A DNA stretch of 63,802 nucleotides, counting the filler, from Perkinsus chesapeaki ATCC PRA-425 (Eukaryota; Protista; Perkinsozoa), in assembly GCA_013115145.1 (NCBI GenBank). It is 7 parts of 7 records of this genome, joined end to end, with 100 filler letters (N's around TTAATTAATTAA, not from the genome) between each part and the next. Parts side by side here need not be neighbours in the genome. Positions count along the whole stretch, not along the records: positions 32,980 to 49,020 come from JAAPAO010000712.1; 6 more parts are not named here. One strand, 5' to 3'. Each line of letters starts with the position of its first letter. The stretch's first letter is position 1. The notes under the pieces were generated by a model, which worked only from the letters and a program-made list of their open reading frames with translations, was not told the DNA's origin and made no database searches. Position numbers and translations under genes: made by a program. Below are positions 36,532-47,887 of this stretch, piece by piece.

Positions 36532-37400
36532 CTAGACCATGCTATATTCGGTAACATACTTCCTATCAAACTTTCCATTATAACACCCCAACAGGAACGC
36601 TTCCTGCTCTACGAAGAGCATATTCTCCCCTCTACTGTAGAAGCCCCGTGCCCTAATCTGACTCACTTCAGGACTCTGTGACGTATCTGCTGCATTCTTC
36701 TGCCTCCTCACGTGCGTGTGAATAGGCAGGTCATCAATCCGAGTGCTCGGGGATATGCAACTAACTTGCCGGGCCACTGTGGGATGACAGCACCCTCCAA
36801 GCATTGGTGACATCGGCGCTGATAAACCCACGAAGCAGCCAGGAGGCGGCAGCATCTAAAGGAGGATGTCATTCGGTCGTATAGAAATGGTTCGACTAAG
36901 GAGAAAATATTCACTACTTCACTATGCCTCTCAACTAGGCCTTCAAACAGGAACGATGAGCGGCGCTCCTGCGCCCGAAGCACGGATAATAGTCTACCTT
37001 CGCTCATCACGGTAAACAAAAGCTTATATTTATCTATCTTCGTATGGCATAGCGCACGGGTTGTGCACTAATAAATTAAATAACTCATATTTAAAACACA
37101 TAGTGAAGCGCTTGAAGCGAAATTCACGTCAATTGACAACTGGCTCAAGAACACCTGCTCTCTCGCGGTCTAAGGTGCTCCAATACATGCCCTCTTGGAT
37201 AGTCCAAATCTCCTCCCAAAAGACCTCTAATATCACTACCTGTCTCCGGTCTATCTCTCCACTTCCCTGTGGTGGTAGCGGCGGTGACCCTTGGCGCGGC
37301 GGTACAGACTGATGATGCTGCATTAAAGATTGAGGTTGGCGTAAATATACGGTACGACCGGCATTCGGGAACGGGGACGGGGGAGGGAAAAAATTCATAC
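36532..37400 (-). CDS. Hypothetical multi-exon gene with Pro/Gln-rich N-terminus
   Basis: MNFFPPPSPFPNAG...PPLPPQG exon followed by further coding-like blocks; no domain recognised. Confidence 0.3.
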
Positions 37401-37827
37401 TGCTCACAAATCAGCCACATTTATCATTCTGTAAAACAGCACTTCCGGGGCAGTATTGCCTTTTAGAAGAACACTACAATTTCCTTACGGTTCCTACCTC
37501 AAACACCTTACATGAGCAAATAAACCAGATAAAGGCGATTAATAACAATACCCAATTTCTTCAACCCCCAAAACCACTGCCATCAAAAGCATGCCCATTA
37601 TTGACCCAAACCAGACAAGTGACTGTAGAGAAAAACAGTGTATCTGTACAGATACACCCGCAAGGGCTTATTACGCCACATTAGTATACCGAGGGTTACA
37701 GGGAGCGGTCATAACGCTTTATAATAAACTAGTTTAGAAACAACGGTCTCCTAAGGGGAACCAGACCAGTCGCGATCACGCAGGCTCGGCCTTATACGTT
37801 CGAGGGAGACTTGATATTACATTTATA

Positions 37828-37878
37828 GTAGAGCATTTACTTAACAGGGTGGCGCGGGTTCGATCCCCGGCACCTACA
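37828..37878 (+). other. tRNA-like fragment (3' part, resembles tRNA-Ala); not a complete tRNA
   Basis: GTAGAGC...GGGTTCGATCCCCGGCACCTACA with a B-box/T-arm, but no 5' acceptor strand or anticodon arm. Confidence 0.4.
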
Positions 37879-37879
37879 T

Positions 37880-38260
37880 TTATGACTGCCATGAGCTCGC
37901 ACCGACCACCTCTCTACACAGAGGGCAGCGGCTCATGTGTCTGTCCGAGCCATCATCAGATTCGCCTTCAAAACAATCCATAAAGCATTTTTCGTGAAGG
38001 CAATGGCCACACGGAAGCCTCCGGAGCAAATCGCCGACCTTGAACGGGTCGAGGCAGATTGCGCAAGATCGGCCTTGAAATTCTGGGGTCATAGCAGCAA
38101 GCTTGATGCTCTTGGTGTTGGCCTGAGCCCACTGCTCGAACTCCTCCTTTGCTCTGAAATGAGCTACACCCTTCTTAAATGAGTATATGAAAGCCAACAC
38201 GACAATTAAGATGAGAAGACTGCCAAATGTGTACGCTAGAGCTTCGCCGAGAATGGACAT
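37880..38260 (-). CDS. TM-RING-H2 protein 1 (intronless)
   Basis: N-terminal TM; CAIC-x14-CGHCLHEKCFMDCF...CPLCR. Confidence 0.9.
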   Translation of the reverse strand: MSILGEALAYTFGSLLILIVVLAFIYSFKKGVAHFRAKEEFEQWAQANTKSIKLAAMTPEFQGRSCAICLDPFKVGDLLRRLPCGHCLHEKCFMDCFEGESDDGSDRHMSRCPLCREVVGASSWQS

Positions 38261-39008
38261 TTTAAAATTGAAAGCTTAAATAAAATGCAGGAAGATGCTG
38301 GGAGGAGGGCGAAACGCTCTATTGGATCTTTTTACAGAAAAACACATTTATCCAGTTAGGCACTTCACCGAGACAGGCTAAGCCTCCGCTTTTACTCCCC
38401 AGAGTGCAAGACCCAACTTGGGTGCACTGATGAGGCTCTCAGGGGCGTCCCTGTGGTCGCTTTGGTGACCCAAGCGACCACAGTAGCGCGCCTTCATAGC
38501 GACACCTACTCGACCTATCCAAGCCTTGGATACCAAAGAAGATACACCATTCATACAGTCATAACACTTTCTATGATGTGCGTTAAGCAAATACGATGGG
38601 CCCACCTCGGATATGGAGTCCACAGAAATCCCCATAAGCTCGCCGAAATCCCTTTGGCGCCCGATCGAGTCTTGCTTCTTGACGGGTTGACACCGATTAG
38701 GCGGCTCCGGAGGAATCTGAGGAATGCTAATAGACACTCTTCTCACATGCCATTAGCATGGCGGAAGTTCTCCTAACTCAAAAGGGTTTCAGAAGGAAAA
38801 GTGAAATGAAATATATGACAAGTACAGCGGGTCCCGCCAAAGACGAGAAAACCGGCGACGAGGGCTTGTTAGCTGCTTCTATGGTACCAAGTGAGACGCT
38901 TGCGCAGTCTCAGCAATGAGAACAACTAAAAGCTAACGCCTACAATACCCGACCAATCTAAAACAGAACTTGGATGATGCCACTGCAGAAACAACCGGCA
39001 TAAAATTT

Positions 39009-39503
39009 TCACAAATGTACAGTTTGACGGCAAAGAGGGCAAACTCGATTCCTCTTGCTGTATGACAGCCAAGAGGTGATGCACTCTCTGTGAAATACGT
39101 GACCGCAGCTAAGTTGAATCACCCTGCTTTCGTGAGAATACTCTGTCAGACATACCGAACATGTCGAAGGGGATGCTCTGGAGTCTAAGGCCATCGCCGA
39201 GCACTTTCCGGCAGCGGCTCGCAGTTTTCGACCAATTATAAATCTAATGATACGCCTCTTGAAGGCTTCTCCATACATTCGAACGGGAATTGTGACAAGA
39301 AAGCACACGGTCGTGATGGCGATGACGATGGCAAGTCTAGGGGAGTCGGGCAGGTCGGTAAAGCAAAATGTGAGCAAAGCACCGGCGACCGCGACGATAA
39401 AACCGACATACACCGCAGATGTTACCTCTGAAAGTCGCATAATGGAAAAACAACTAAGAGAGAATGCGCACCAGAAGAACAACGCAACAGAAATCGGGTC
39501 CAT
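39009..39503 (-). CDS. TM-RING-H2 protein 2 (canonical Trp)
   Basis: 2-3 TM segments; CSVC...CGHVFHRECITSWL...CPLCR. Confidence 0.92.
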   Translation of the reverse strand: MDPISVALFFWCAFSLSCFSIMRLSEVTSAVYVGFIVAVAGALLTFCFTDLPDSPRLAIVIAITTVCFLVTIPVRMYGEAFKRRIIRFIIGRKLRAAAGKCSAMALDSRASPSTCSVCLTEYSHESRVIQLSCGHVFHRECITSWLSYSKRNRVCPLCRQTVHL

Positions 39504-39726
39504 AAGAAATGACAGATCTGATAGCTGTTGTTGATACTAATATTTAAATACTGCTTGAAAACTGATAATCCCAACCTATACTCTGAAATGATAGACTAAT
39601 AATATTATATTACTAATAATAGAGTTGCAAAACCACGCTAAATGGCCCTGTCCAGCGCGCGCGGCCAAGTGTGGCACAAGATAAATCGGCATGAAGCTGG
39701 GGCACCAGAAAATGCTCGGCAATCAC

Positions 39727-40161
39727 TCACTTCTCAACAGCTACACGGCAGACCGGGCAAAAGAATGATCGGCCGCTATTGGCTGTGTAGGTGAACCAAA
39801 TGTTGAAGCAGTGACAATGATACACATGTGAACAATCTAAAATAATAACATTCTCCTCTTTCCCGTAAGTGTCGATACAAATGGGACAAATACCAGACTC
39901 CTTGGCGAAAGAGACCTCCTGCTGAATGCATGTAGGGCGAATAGGAGACCTCTTCTTTCTACGGACAAAATTGGTAGCTCCCAACGTGATAATAATCAGG
40001 ATTATAATGAGAACTGCAGGACCAACTCCAAATAAAGCCAGCAGAGGCCAGCTCACTCCCAGCTGGTTAACCGAAATGACAACCGCTAGGCCCACAGCCA
40101 CGACCACAACGACACTTAAGGTGTAGGCTACCAGACGAGTGGTGCGGGAGACGGTAGACAT
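39727..40161 (-). CDS. TM-RING-H2 protein 3 (Trp retained)
   Basis: ATG 40161; 2 TM; CPIC...CSHVYHCHCFNIWF...CPVCR. Confidence 0.9.
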   Translation of the reverse strand: MSTVSRTTRLVAYTLSVVVVVAVGLAVVISVNQLGVSWPLLALFGVGPAVLIIILIIITLGATNFVRRKKRSPIRPTCIQQEVSFAKESGICPICIDTYGKEENVIILDCSHVYHCHCFNIWFTYTANSGRSFFCPVCRVAVEK

Positions 40162-40780
40162 GTGAGAGTGAAACAATAATAATAGAAGACAGATTCTAAC
40201 TGAATGAGGTACTATGGAATCTACAGTGCCTAAGGTTTCCCGGTCTCATGAGAGTCACCCTGCTGAGCAAACATATTAAAGTAAATCGGCACCGTGCGAG
40301 TAAGAACGCCGATGAAAGCTCCTAAAACAAAACAGCGGTGGGACCACATCTTCTTCACCTACCTAAAGATCATACCGACTTTTCCTTCAAAAACAGAACG
40401 AATGAGTGCAACAACCCAATCACTCGCTCGAGTGGAAGCGTTTATAATAACTTTGCACAAGAAACACATTAGAAAACAGTCGCCCAGTGCGCCTGCTGGG
40501 GAGACCTAGCCGTCACCAGAGGCAACAGAGATACCGATAATGTGGAGGGAGATCAGCGGCGCGATGAACTGTGTAGAAGCCAGGATGCTCTCACGATAAT
40601 TTAACTCTCAACAGGGTTGCCTGATCCTGTGGACAGGCAGCAATCTTCCCCAGGCAGGGCTCTGTACTGCAGAGGATGAGCAGAACTTAACAGGAAGGAG
40701 CGGTATGAAGTAACAGTGAGTGCTCATAAAAGAAATAGTATATCGGCTCAACGGAGCTGCTATTCTAGTGATGACCGTTA

Positions 40781-41350
40781 TCACCAAATACGCATAAGTT
40801 GGGCGTTTTGTTTCAGGTCCTTAGGCCTCTCCTTGGGCCCCACTCGCCGACGGCACATCGGACACTTCCTCTGGTTCGCAGTGGCAGCTTTGAAGCACTC
40901 TCTAAAGCAATCCTCGTGAAATCGATGGCGGCACGGAAGTTCCAGGATGCACTCTCCGGGCTCGTATTCAGCCAGACAAATCGAACAGCATCCGTTGCTG
41001 CTCTCCAAAGATTCCTCGAGGTCATCTTCAGTGACCGTGTATCGCTTGGCCTTCTCCGACACCCAATCCTTGAAGTGCTTATCAGAGTCATCATCCTCAT
41101 GCCACTCTAGCATCAGCTCGTACCGAGCGAATGCGAGGATCATGCAGGGCGCCGCGACACCGAGCACCGAGGCGTAAACAGCTATAAGCAGCCAGAACAG
41201 GGCGCCATGGCAGAACAATCCCAGTACTATGCCGATAACAATAACGATAATAACCCAGCCGAGCCACACCTTAACATAGGTCCGGCAGCACAGGCGAGCC
41301 ATCAGGCGACTCCATCCTGTCCGCTGTCGCTCGGGGGTACTGGGGACCAT
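40781..41350 (-). CDS. TM-RING-H2 protein 4
   Basis: ATG 41350; 2 TM; CSIC...CRHRFHEDCFRECF...CPMCR. Confidence 0.92.
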   Translation of the reverse strand: MVPSTPERQRTGWSRLMARLCCRTYVKVWLGWVIIVIVIGIVLGLFCHGALFWLLIAVYASVLGVAAPCMILAFARYELMLEWHEDDDSDKHFKDWVSEKAKRYTVTEDDLEESLESSNGCCSICLAEYEPGECILELPCRHRFHEDCFRECFKAATANQRKCPMCRRRVGPKERPKDLKQNAQLMRIW

Positions 41351-41651
41351 GGAGGAACAACTAGGAAAGAGGCTGCCAAGATTACAGACCAGAAGGGAAC
41401 GCGACAAAGCGAAGACCGGAAGTTGGAAACATTCACACTAGGTTAGTTTATGCCGCTCGCCACACTCGACCAGGAGGGGTGTAGGTGAAAGTTGAAAAGA
41501 GTGAAATATGACATAGTAGTGATGTAAGGCATGCCCTCACAGAAAGCAATAGAATAGGGCGGACAACAGTCTACCTATTATAGTGATAATAAAGACTAGC
41601 GAAAAGTAATTAATCGGGAGGCCTGTTGGAGGTCAGACCAATAATACGACT

Positions 41652-42314
41652 TCAGTTATTTCCAGCCTCCTCGTCGGCAACGCCAACCTCGAGATCGCCG
41701 TCCGGAGTCGGGGTGGCGATATCAGTCACTTCGTAGGACCCGTCAATAAGTCTCCTGGGCAGAACTGGGCCCAAAGACGCTCGACACAGCGGGCATCTGT
41801 GCTGGCTGGCCTTACGCCCTCGCGGCAGGCCATGGAAGCACTCGGCGAAACACTCAGCATGGAATGCATGGCCGCAAGGCAGGCCTCGAATATCATCGTT
41901 AAGTTCATACTCACTGAGGCATATCGCACAGCTGGCCTCATCTCCAGACTCCACAACGCCTGCCTTCACCTCCTCCGTGAACTTGTACGAACTTGTTTCA
42001 TTTTCAACCCACTCAACCCATCGCACTTCGAAGTTCTCCTCCACAGCGTCATTCACCCGTTCTCTATCTCGTTCACTTTCACTCGACTTGGCGTATCCCA
42101 GTATAGCGAGAGCTGGCACTATGACGATTACCAGTCCGTATCCGATAGTCAGTGCAAGCATGATAACTGGCTTGCTTGACAGGCAGCTCCAGATGATCAT
42201 AGCTGTCAAAATGGTGCCGCATAAAGTTGCCCACCATATCCAGGCACAGCGATATCGCCTCTGGAAACCTGGGTGATGGGCAATGCACCGGCAGCAAGAG
42301 AATAGTATTGTCAT
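41652..42314 (-). CDS. TM-RING-H2 protein 5
   Basis: ATG 42314; 2 TM; CAIC...CGHAFHAECFAECF...CPLCR. Confidence 0.92.
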   Translation of the reverse strand: MTILFSCCRCIAHHPGFQRRYRCAWIWWATLCGTILTAMIIWSCLSSKPVIMLALTIGYGLVIVIVPALAILGYAKSSESERDRERVNDAVEENFEVRWVEWVENETSSYKFTEEVKAGVVESGDEASCAICLSEYELNDDIRGLPCGHAFHAECFAECFHGLPRGRKASQHRCPLCRASLGPVLPRRLIDGSYEVTDIATPTPDGDLEVGVADEEAGNN

Positions 42315-43045
42315 CAATAAAGGAAAAGCTGTAGGAACTCCGATCTGACCTACCCGGTATCTTGCACGCTCAACCTCAAGATCCCTGCCAACACAAGTCG
42401 ACTGAACAAGTAATGCATTTAGCGACTGAGACGAGAAACCAAATCGTGCTATACAAATCAGCGGGTGAATCCGCATCTAGAATGGCCTTAGTACGACCGA
42501 GATGAAGAAACCCCAAGGTGGCACCACTTAACGTGGCACACTAAAGGTAGCAGACGCGAGAAGCAGGGCTCTCCGCGACCGCAAGTGAGCGAAGCCTAGC
42601 CTGGCTCGTTCGAGCGCGATATGGAGTCTATATCAGAGTCTATTATTAGATAAGTGAACAGTTAGCTCTGAGCTACAAATAAATACAGTAAGTAGGACAT
42701 CACCTCGTCACGCATGGATGCGTGGAAGGTCGACCGTCCTTAACATAATCAGAAATGAAATACAAGTTGTTGATCATCATCATCTACAAAGTGGCAGGTA
42801 ACCACAACCACAACCACAACAACAACTACTACAGAGCAGTACGTTCTGCCAATACAGAACACTATATAAAGCGAGCCTATAACGGATGACGAGGAGGGGA
42901 GCGTAGCAACTGGTATGTGCGCCCAACTGGTGTGCGCAGTATAAAGAAGAGCTACAGCTTTTTGCCCCCCGACCATCACTAAGGCGAATACTACATGGTA
43001 ATAATAATAGCGGAGCAGACATGAAAAACTGCAAGGTCTGTGAAA

Positions 43046-43717
43046 CTAGACACTAACTACAGTGCTAGCCTCGGATATACTGTGCGCACGATCGATAGTA
43101 ATGTCCTCTCTAATGCTTCCATCATAATTACGTTTAGGGATGCTAGGCCCCATCTGGGAGCGGCACAAGGGGCACTGGTGAAACTCCGATGAAGTACAGC
43201 AAGGAAGGCGATTAAAACAGGAATCGAAACACTCAGTGTGAAATTCATGACCACAAGGGAGCACACGAACCTCATCACCCACCTTGAAATCACTTAGGCA
43301 GATCACACAGCCGCTTCCGTCACCTCTCTCCATCAAATCTTCTACATCATCGTCATTCAGCGTCTTGGTGGTAGTTTCCGAGGCAACCCACATCGACCAC
43401 TGGTCCAGGAATACCTTCTCAAACTGCTTCTCCCGGTCTCCAATGGAACGGTTCTGCTCTACAACGTAAGCAACCATGATGATGAGCATCGGGGGCAGAA
43501 CGGTGACCAGAGAACCATAGCAGATGAGAACGCCAGCCCTGACCATGGCCCCCATACCGGGGTTCACTGGCCAAAACACACACATAAGAATGAAGCTGAT
43601 TATTAGTAATACATACACCCCCCACGATATGAGATAGCGTCTCTTGGAGAAGGCGGGCTCTACGAAATGGAGGACTTTCGCGCAGCACGTGCTAGGCATA
43701 TTGTGCCTTGGTGACAT
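43046..43717 (-). CDS. TM-RING-H2 protein 6
   Basis: ATG 43717; 2 TM; CVIC...CGHEFHTECFDSCF...CPLCR. Confidence 0.92.
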   Translation of the reverse strand: MSPRHNMPSTCCAKVLHFVEPAFSKRRYLISWGVYVLLIISFILMCVFWPVNPGMGAMVRAGVLICYGSLVTVLPPMLIIMVAYVVEQNRSIGDREKQFEKVFLDQWSMWVASETTTKTLNDDDVEDLMERGDGSGCVICLSDFKVGDEVRVLPCGHEFHTECFDSCFNRLPCCTSSEFHQCPLCRSQMGPSIPKRNYDGSIREDITIDRAHSISEASTVVSV

Positions 43718-44083
43718 TTGATAAATATAACTGCTATAGTAACTCAAAAACAGTCGTCCCTTCCTACTCAACAGCGAGCTCTGCAAGGATAAGAAACGGA
43801 GCCCATTACAATACTCTGCAGGATACTTGCCAAACCCTGATTTGAGCAATAAGAATAATAGTGATGCCGGAACTGTACACTGACGGCTAAGTGGCAATAT
43901 GATTACCATCAGAGGAGCTAAAATACAGCAATCGTGTATCGTGACGTGTAGACGAAAACGATAGGGACTCCAGAAAACGATTATTTTGCACCTGTCATGC
44001 GAGCGCCGATGAGACGGCTACTCAACGGTAATCGTTCATAAAATGTCCATTAACAGAAACGTTGACTCGGCCTATGTGGAGGG

Positions 44084-44605
44084 TCACATTACAGATATAG
44101 CGTCAGATTCGCTGCTCACTAAAACCGGCCCCAAATCACATCGGCATAAGGGACACTTGTGACAGCGACCAAGACGCGGTAGATTCTCCTCGAAGCAAGA
44201 GTCGAAGCACTGAGGGTGGAACTTGTGCTTACAAGCTAGAACTCGTACATCCTGCCCGGGGCTGTAGTCGGACAGGCATATAGCACAGCTTCCTTCGTCC
44301 ACAGTGGTCATGAAGGTCTTGCTTTTAACCCAGTTGCGCCACTCGTCGTGAAACTCTTCGGGACTTGCCGTGCCGAGCTGTCGTCGTTGCTGGTTTGCCT
44401 TACGGCGAGCATACCAGCATATGATGATAGGAGGCAAGAGCAGAAGAGCAAAAACATAAACGAACGACACAAGCAGTCTCAAGTTGGTACCAGAACTCGG
44501 GAAGAAAAATATACCAGCCGTGAAGAGGAGGACCAAGATGATCCATGAGATCCAAATCGGTAGGTATTTCCTAGAGAATGCTGGATGACGGAATCGAGAC
44601 AACAT
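44084..44605 (-). CDS. TM-RING-H2 protein 7
   Basis: 2 TM; CAIC...CKHKFHPQCFDSCF...CPLCR. Confidence 0.92.
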   Translation of the reverse strand: MLSRFRHPAFSRKYLPIWISWIILVLLFTAGIFFFPSSGTNLRLLVSFVYVFALLLLPPIIICWYARRKANQQRRQLGTASPEEFHDEWRNWVKSKTFMTTVDEGSCAICLSDYSPGQDVRVLACKHKFHPQCFDSCFEENLPRLGRCHKCPLCRCDLGPVLVSSESDAISVM

Positions 44606-44910
44606 TACGGGGAGGAATCTTGAAACTGTAAGATACTTGACGCACTACTGAGAGAATCTTTTGTGTGCTCGCAAATTCGAGTGACTGTGACTACGCCACC
44701 TGTCATCCTGGTTGCTCTACACTTTCTCACATTCCCAAAGTGTGCTAGCCAAACCAATCCTTTTAATGAAGTAGTTCTAAGGAAAAACGTTTTACCTGAA
44801 CGCACGAAAGTGGGCGCCAGCAGCTCTTGCAATCTTACACTTCCTCCACGCAGTCTGCGCAGGTTCTTTCCAAGACTTTGGTCGCTCTTTGAAAACCTTT
44901 ACTACCACCA

Positions 44911-45946
44911 ATGATTCATTTCACCCTCTTCATCTCGACTTTCACCGCCGTTGCGGCTATCAAGCGCAGCGTTGGAGCTCAACAGCATCTTGTAAGTCTC
45001 CTGTCTGTCGGCACGTCCTGTCAGCCGTCTATCGCTCCCTCCTTTCAGCTTGCCGCCACCGACTCCTTGCTCGATGCCATCGAAAAGACTGAGGACGCTA
45101 TTGACGACCAGATGCTGGTGAGATAAAGGTCTCCTTTACTGGCAATTGTTGAGGCGTCTTTGGCCAACTCCTATCTAGTATGTGCAACTGTCGGACACCC
45201 ATATCATCGAACTTCGAGCGATCACATCCGTTTCATTCTCACGCCGGATTCGTTGCCTTCTACAAGTTTCTGTACGTGATACTATCCTCATATTCTATCT
45301 CACGCTATACAGTGTTGTCAGCATAGGAACCTTAACTTAAGGTCCTTTAGGGCTGCCCCCCATGAAGGCTTACCGAATTTCCCCCAACCCTCTCGCGATC
45401 ACGCACTCGTCTTTGCATTTCTTCAGGCTGCAATGGAGACATCTCTGAGCAACGACAAGCCTTCTCCGGTCGACTTTGCTCAGCACATGTCGTCTCTTCT
45501 CGGCCAACCACGTGCTTCGGTAGACTCGGAGATTCCCATTGAAGCCAAGAACTCCAGGTAGATCCTCGCGCCCTTCGCGCGGCGCACCTCGCCCTTCTTA
45601 GCCCTCAACATGCGGTATCTGGAGTATCCATGAGTGTCGACCTCACCAACGTCCTCCTTTTTCTTGGCATGCTTCTCATGGGCATTGTAATCGGCGTGAC
45701 TGCTGTAAGCCTTCCCATGCGTTCTGTCTGGATTTCCCTTTGAAGGTTGCGTACCGTGAGAAGGTCATCGCTTGCCTGGAGTCCTTACCCTTCGGCAGGA
45801 AGTCGAGAAAGCTGTACACTAGCCGTCGCGAGGTAAGCTATCACAGCTTGTCGTATGATAGGCCAGCTCAGAACTTCCGCAAGGCGACTAACCCGCCATT
45901 CCTCCAACAGACCCCCATGACTGAATCTCCAGTGGAGAGTGCTTAA
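44911..45946 (+). CDS. Hypothetical secreted/type I membrane protein, multi-exon
   Basis: Signal MIHFTLFISTFTAVAA; GT-AG bounded exons (LAATDSLLDAIEKTED, AAMETSLSNDKPSP); TM-like FFLGMLLMGIVIGVTA; basic tail. Confidence 0.5.
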
Positions 45947-47887
45947 GTTGCTGTCGCAATTACAGCTAAAGCTTTAGTCATGCAAACATGATTGTTGTTC
46001 ATCCCTGCTCATGAAATCATGAGCTCGATAAAGTTGCGTGCCCTTCGATCCTCTTGTGTTGAGAGTTCGTCTACAGCAAGTCGTATAAAACCTCGTATCC
46101 TTGGGTAACCTCAAAGCCCTTGGTGGCTTTTTATTTTCATTGGTTGATTAACACACCCACAATTGCTGGTGTGAAGCAAAGCCCTTCCACATGGGCAGCG
46201 AGCTGTTGAGGCTCAACAGAGATTTCTAGGCTCTAATGAACAGCTCAGCAGTTGAGCTGTTCATTAGAGCCAAGAAATCTATGATCTGGCAGCGTATTCT
46301 GGAAACACCTCGAGATCGTTTACCTGGTATAGTCAGAATAATATTTTTATTATATTATGAATTGCATTATAATAATATTAGTATAGTATTCGTCATACTT
46401 CATCTTCGTATGAAATAAAGTGGAGTTTTACACTGTTATTTAATACTGTAATTAAATTGATAATAACTTTATCTAAATTACTTTGACATTTCTTATTTGT
46501 ATAATATTAGATACAGCATCTTCGACTTCGAGTAACGATCCACTTAGATCCAGATAGAAGTTCTACACTCAAAGTGCAGCTGAAGCGCTCAGTCACTCAG
46601 CCGTAGCCAGTCTTACTTGAGCCAGCATTGTGCGGCTATTAAACAATGTACGAAAGCACGAAAGTAACGCGTAGCGCACAAGCTCAATCCCACGCTTCGA
46701 ACCAGTAGGACTTTTTGTACATAGAGATGAGAAACGACCGACACGAAATGCATCGTGAATTGTCAGCAAGCAAGATCTCACCGCACATCTTGATTTACCC
46801 GGCTTGTACCGCGCGATGACAGCACTGTATAGCGCCGAAACACATCGTGCGCAGTGTGCGTGGTGCAGATCGTACGCCGTTAAACAATTCGGGTTAACAC
46901 TTCGAGGCCTTCTTCCTTAACGAACGAACACGCAGTAATGAATCTCTGCGAGATCATCGCCCATAATAGGAAGAACAGGCTCCTCGTTTCCGAGCTTGTG
47001 AGCAGCTCGCATTCATAAGAAGAAGCTGAATCCCTCACATGTCTGAAGGGGGTCGCGAGACAGTCAGAATTTCCTTCGTGTCACCATGTTCGTGATGGCA
47101 AGAGGTGTTTTGACTCAATCAAGAGGGGATAAGCTTTAGAAGATTCCTTTTCGCATGTTCATTCGTTGAGGACATGTGAAAGTTGTTCGTGAAGTATAGA
47201 ACTCCCCTTACAAAACGTCGCGAAAATGAAAACATAAAGGCATGATATTAAGCTCCATACTGCAGAGGCTTTAGGAGCTTCTTTTCAGCGGGAGCACAAT
47301 TGTGTTGTTGTGCTGCTCAACTAACCGAATTCTCGGTGACATGCTCACACCGACATGGTCGATATCCACTTGTAATATCCAGCTAGAATGATCCTATTTT
47401 TGAATAGCTTCCATCTTCATGTACCTGTAAAAGCCACAGTAATCCAAGACACACCTCTCGACTGTTCATAGTCGACACTCTTCGTTTTTAAATTCAGTTC
47501 CACGGGAGCTTGTGCCACTTCAGCGCCATCCAACTGCTTCGAGGAAGGGTGGAACCGGGGCTGCCAGTGAACTCCGCACAGACCTGAGACTCCGGTTTCT
47601 GCCGTTAGTCGATCCATTGCAGGCGAACTGCCGGTCTTTTGAGTTGAAGCTCTCCTTGAACTCAGTGAGCTCTGTTGCACCCTTCGGAGTCAGGTCATCT
47701 TCTTAATACTTGCAGGGATGTTATTGATTTTCTTACGCTGACTAGCTACCCCACTCCCTCCAGACATCGGTGCATGCGTGCATCTGCAGCCGAATAAACT
47801 GAAAGTATCGAATCTGTTTGTTACTCTTCTTTGTGTGCATTTAATGTGGACTCAGACTTAATTTTTTCATCCCCCTCGTCTGCTATA

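Noticed and set aside
38378-38746. Possible eighth RING or zinc-knuckle gene inside the array
   Set aside because: Scattered Cys/His (CYDC, CGRLGH) but no RING or CCHC spacing and no TM segment.
40294-40509. TM-like reading in an array spacer
   Set aside because: Short, interrupted by stops and with no RING; not supportable.
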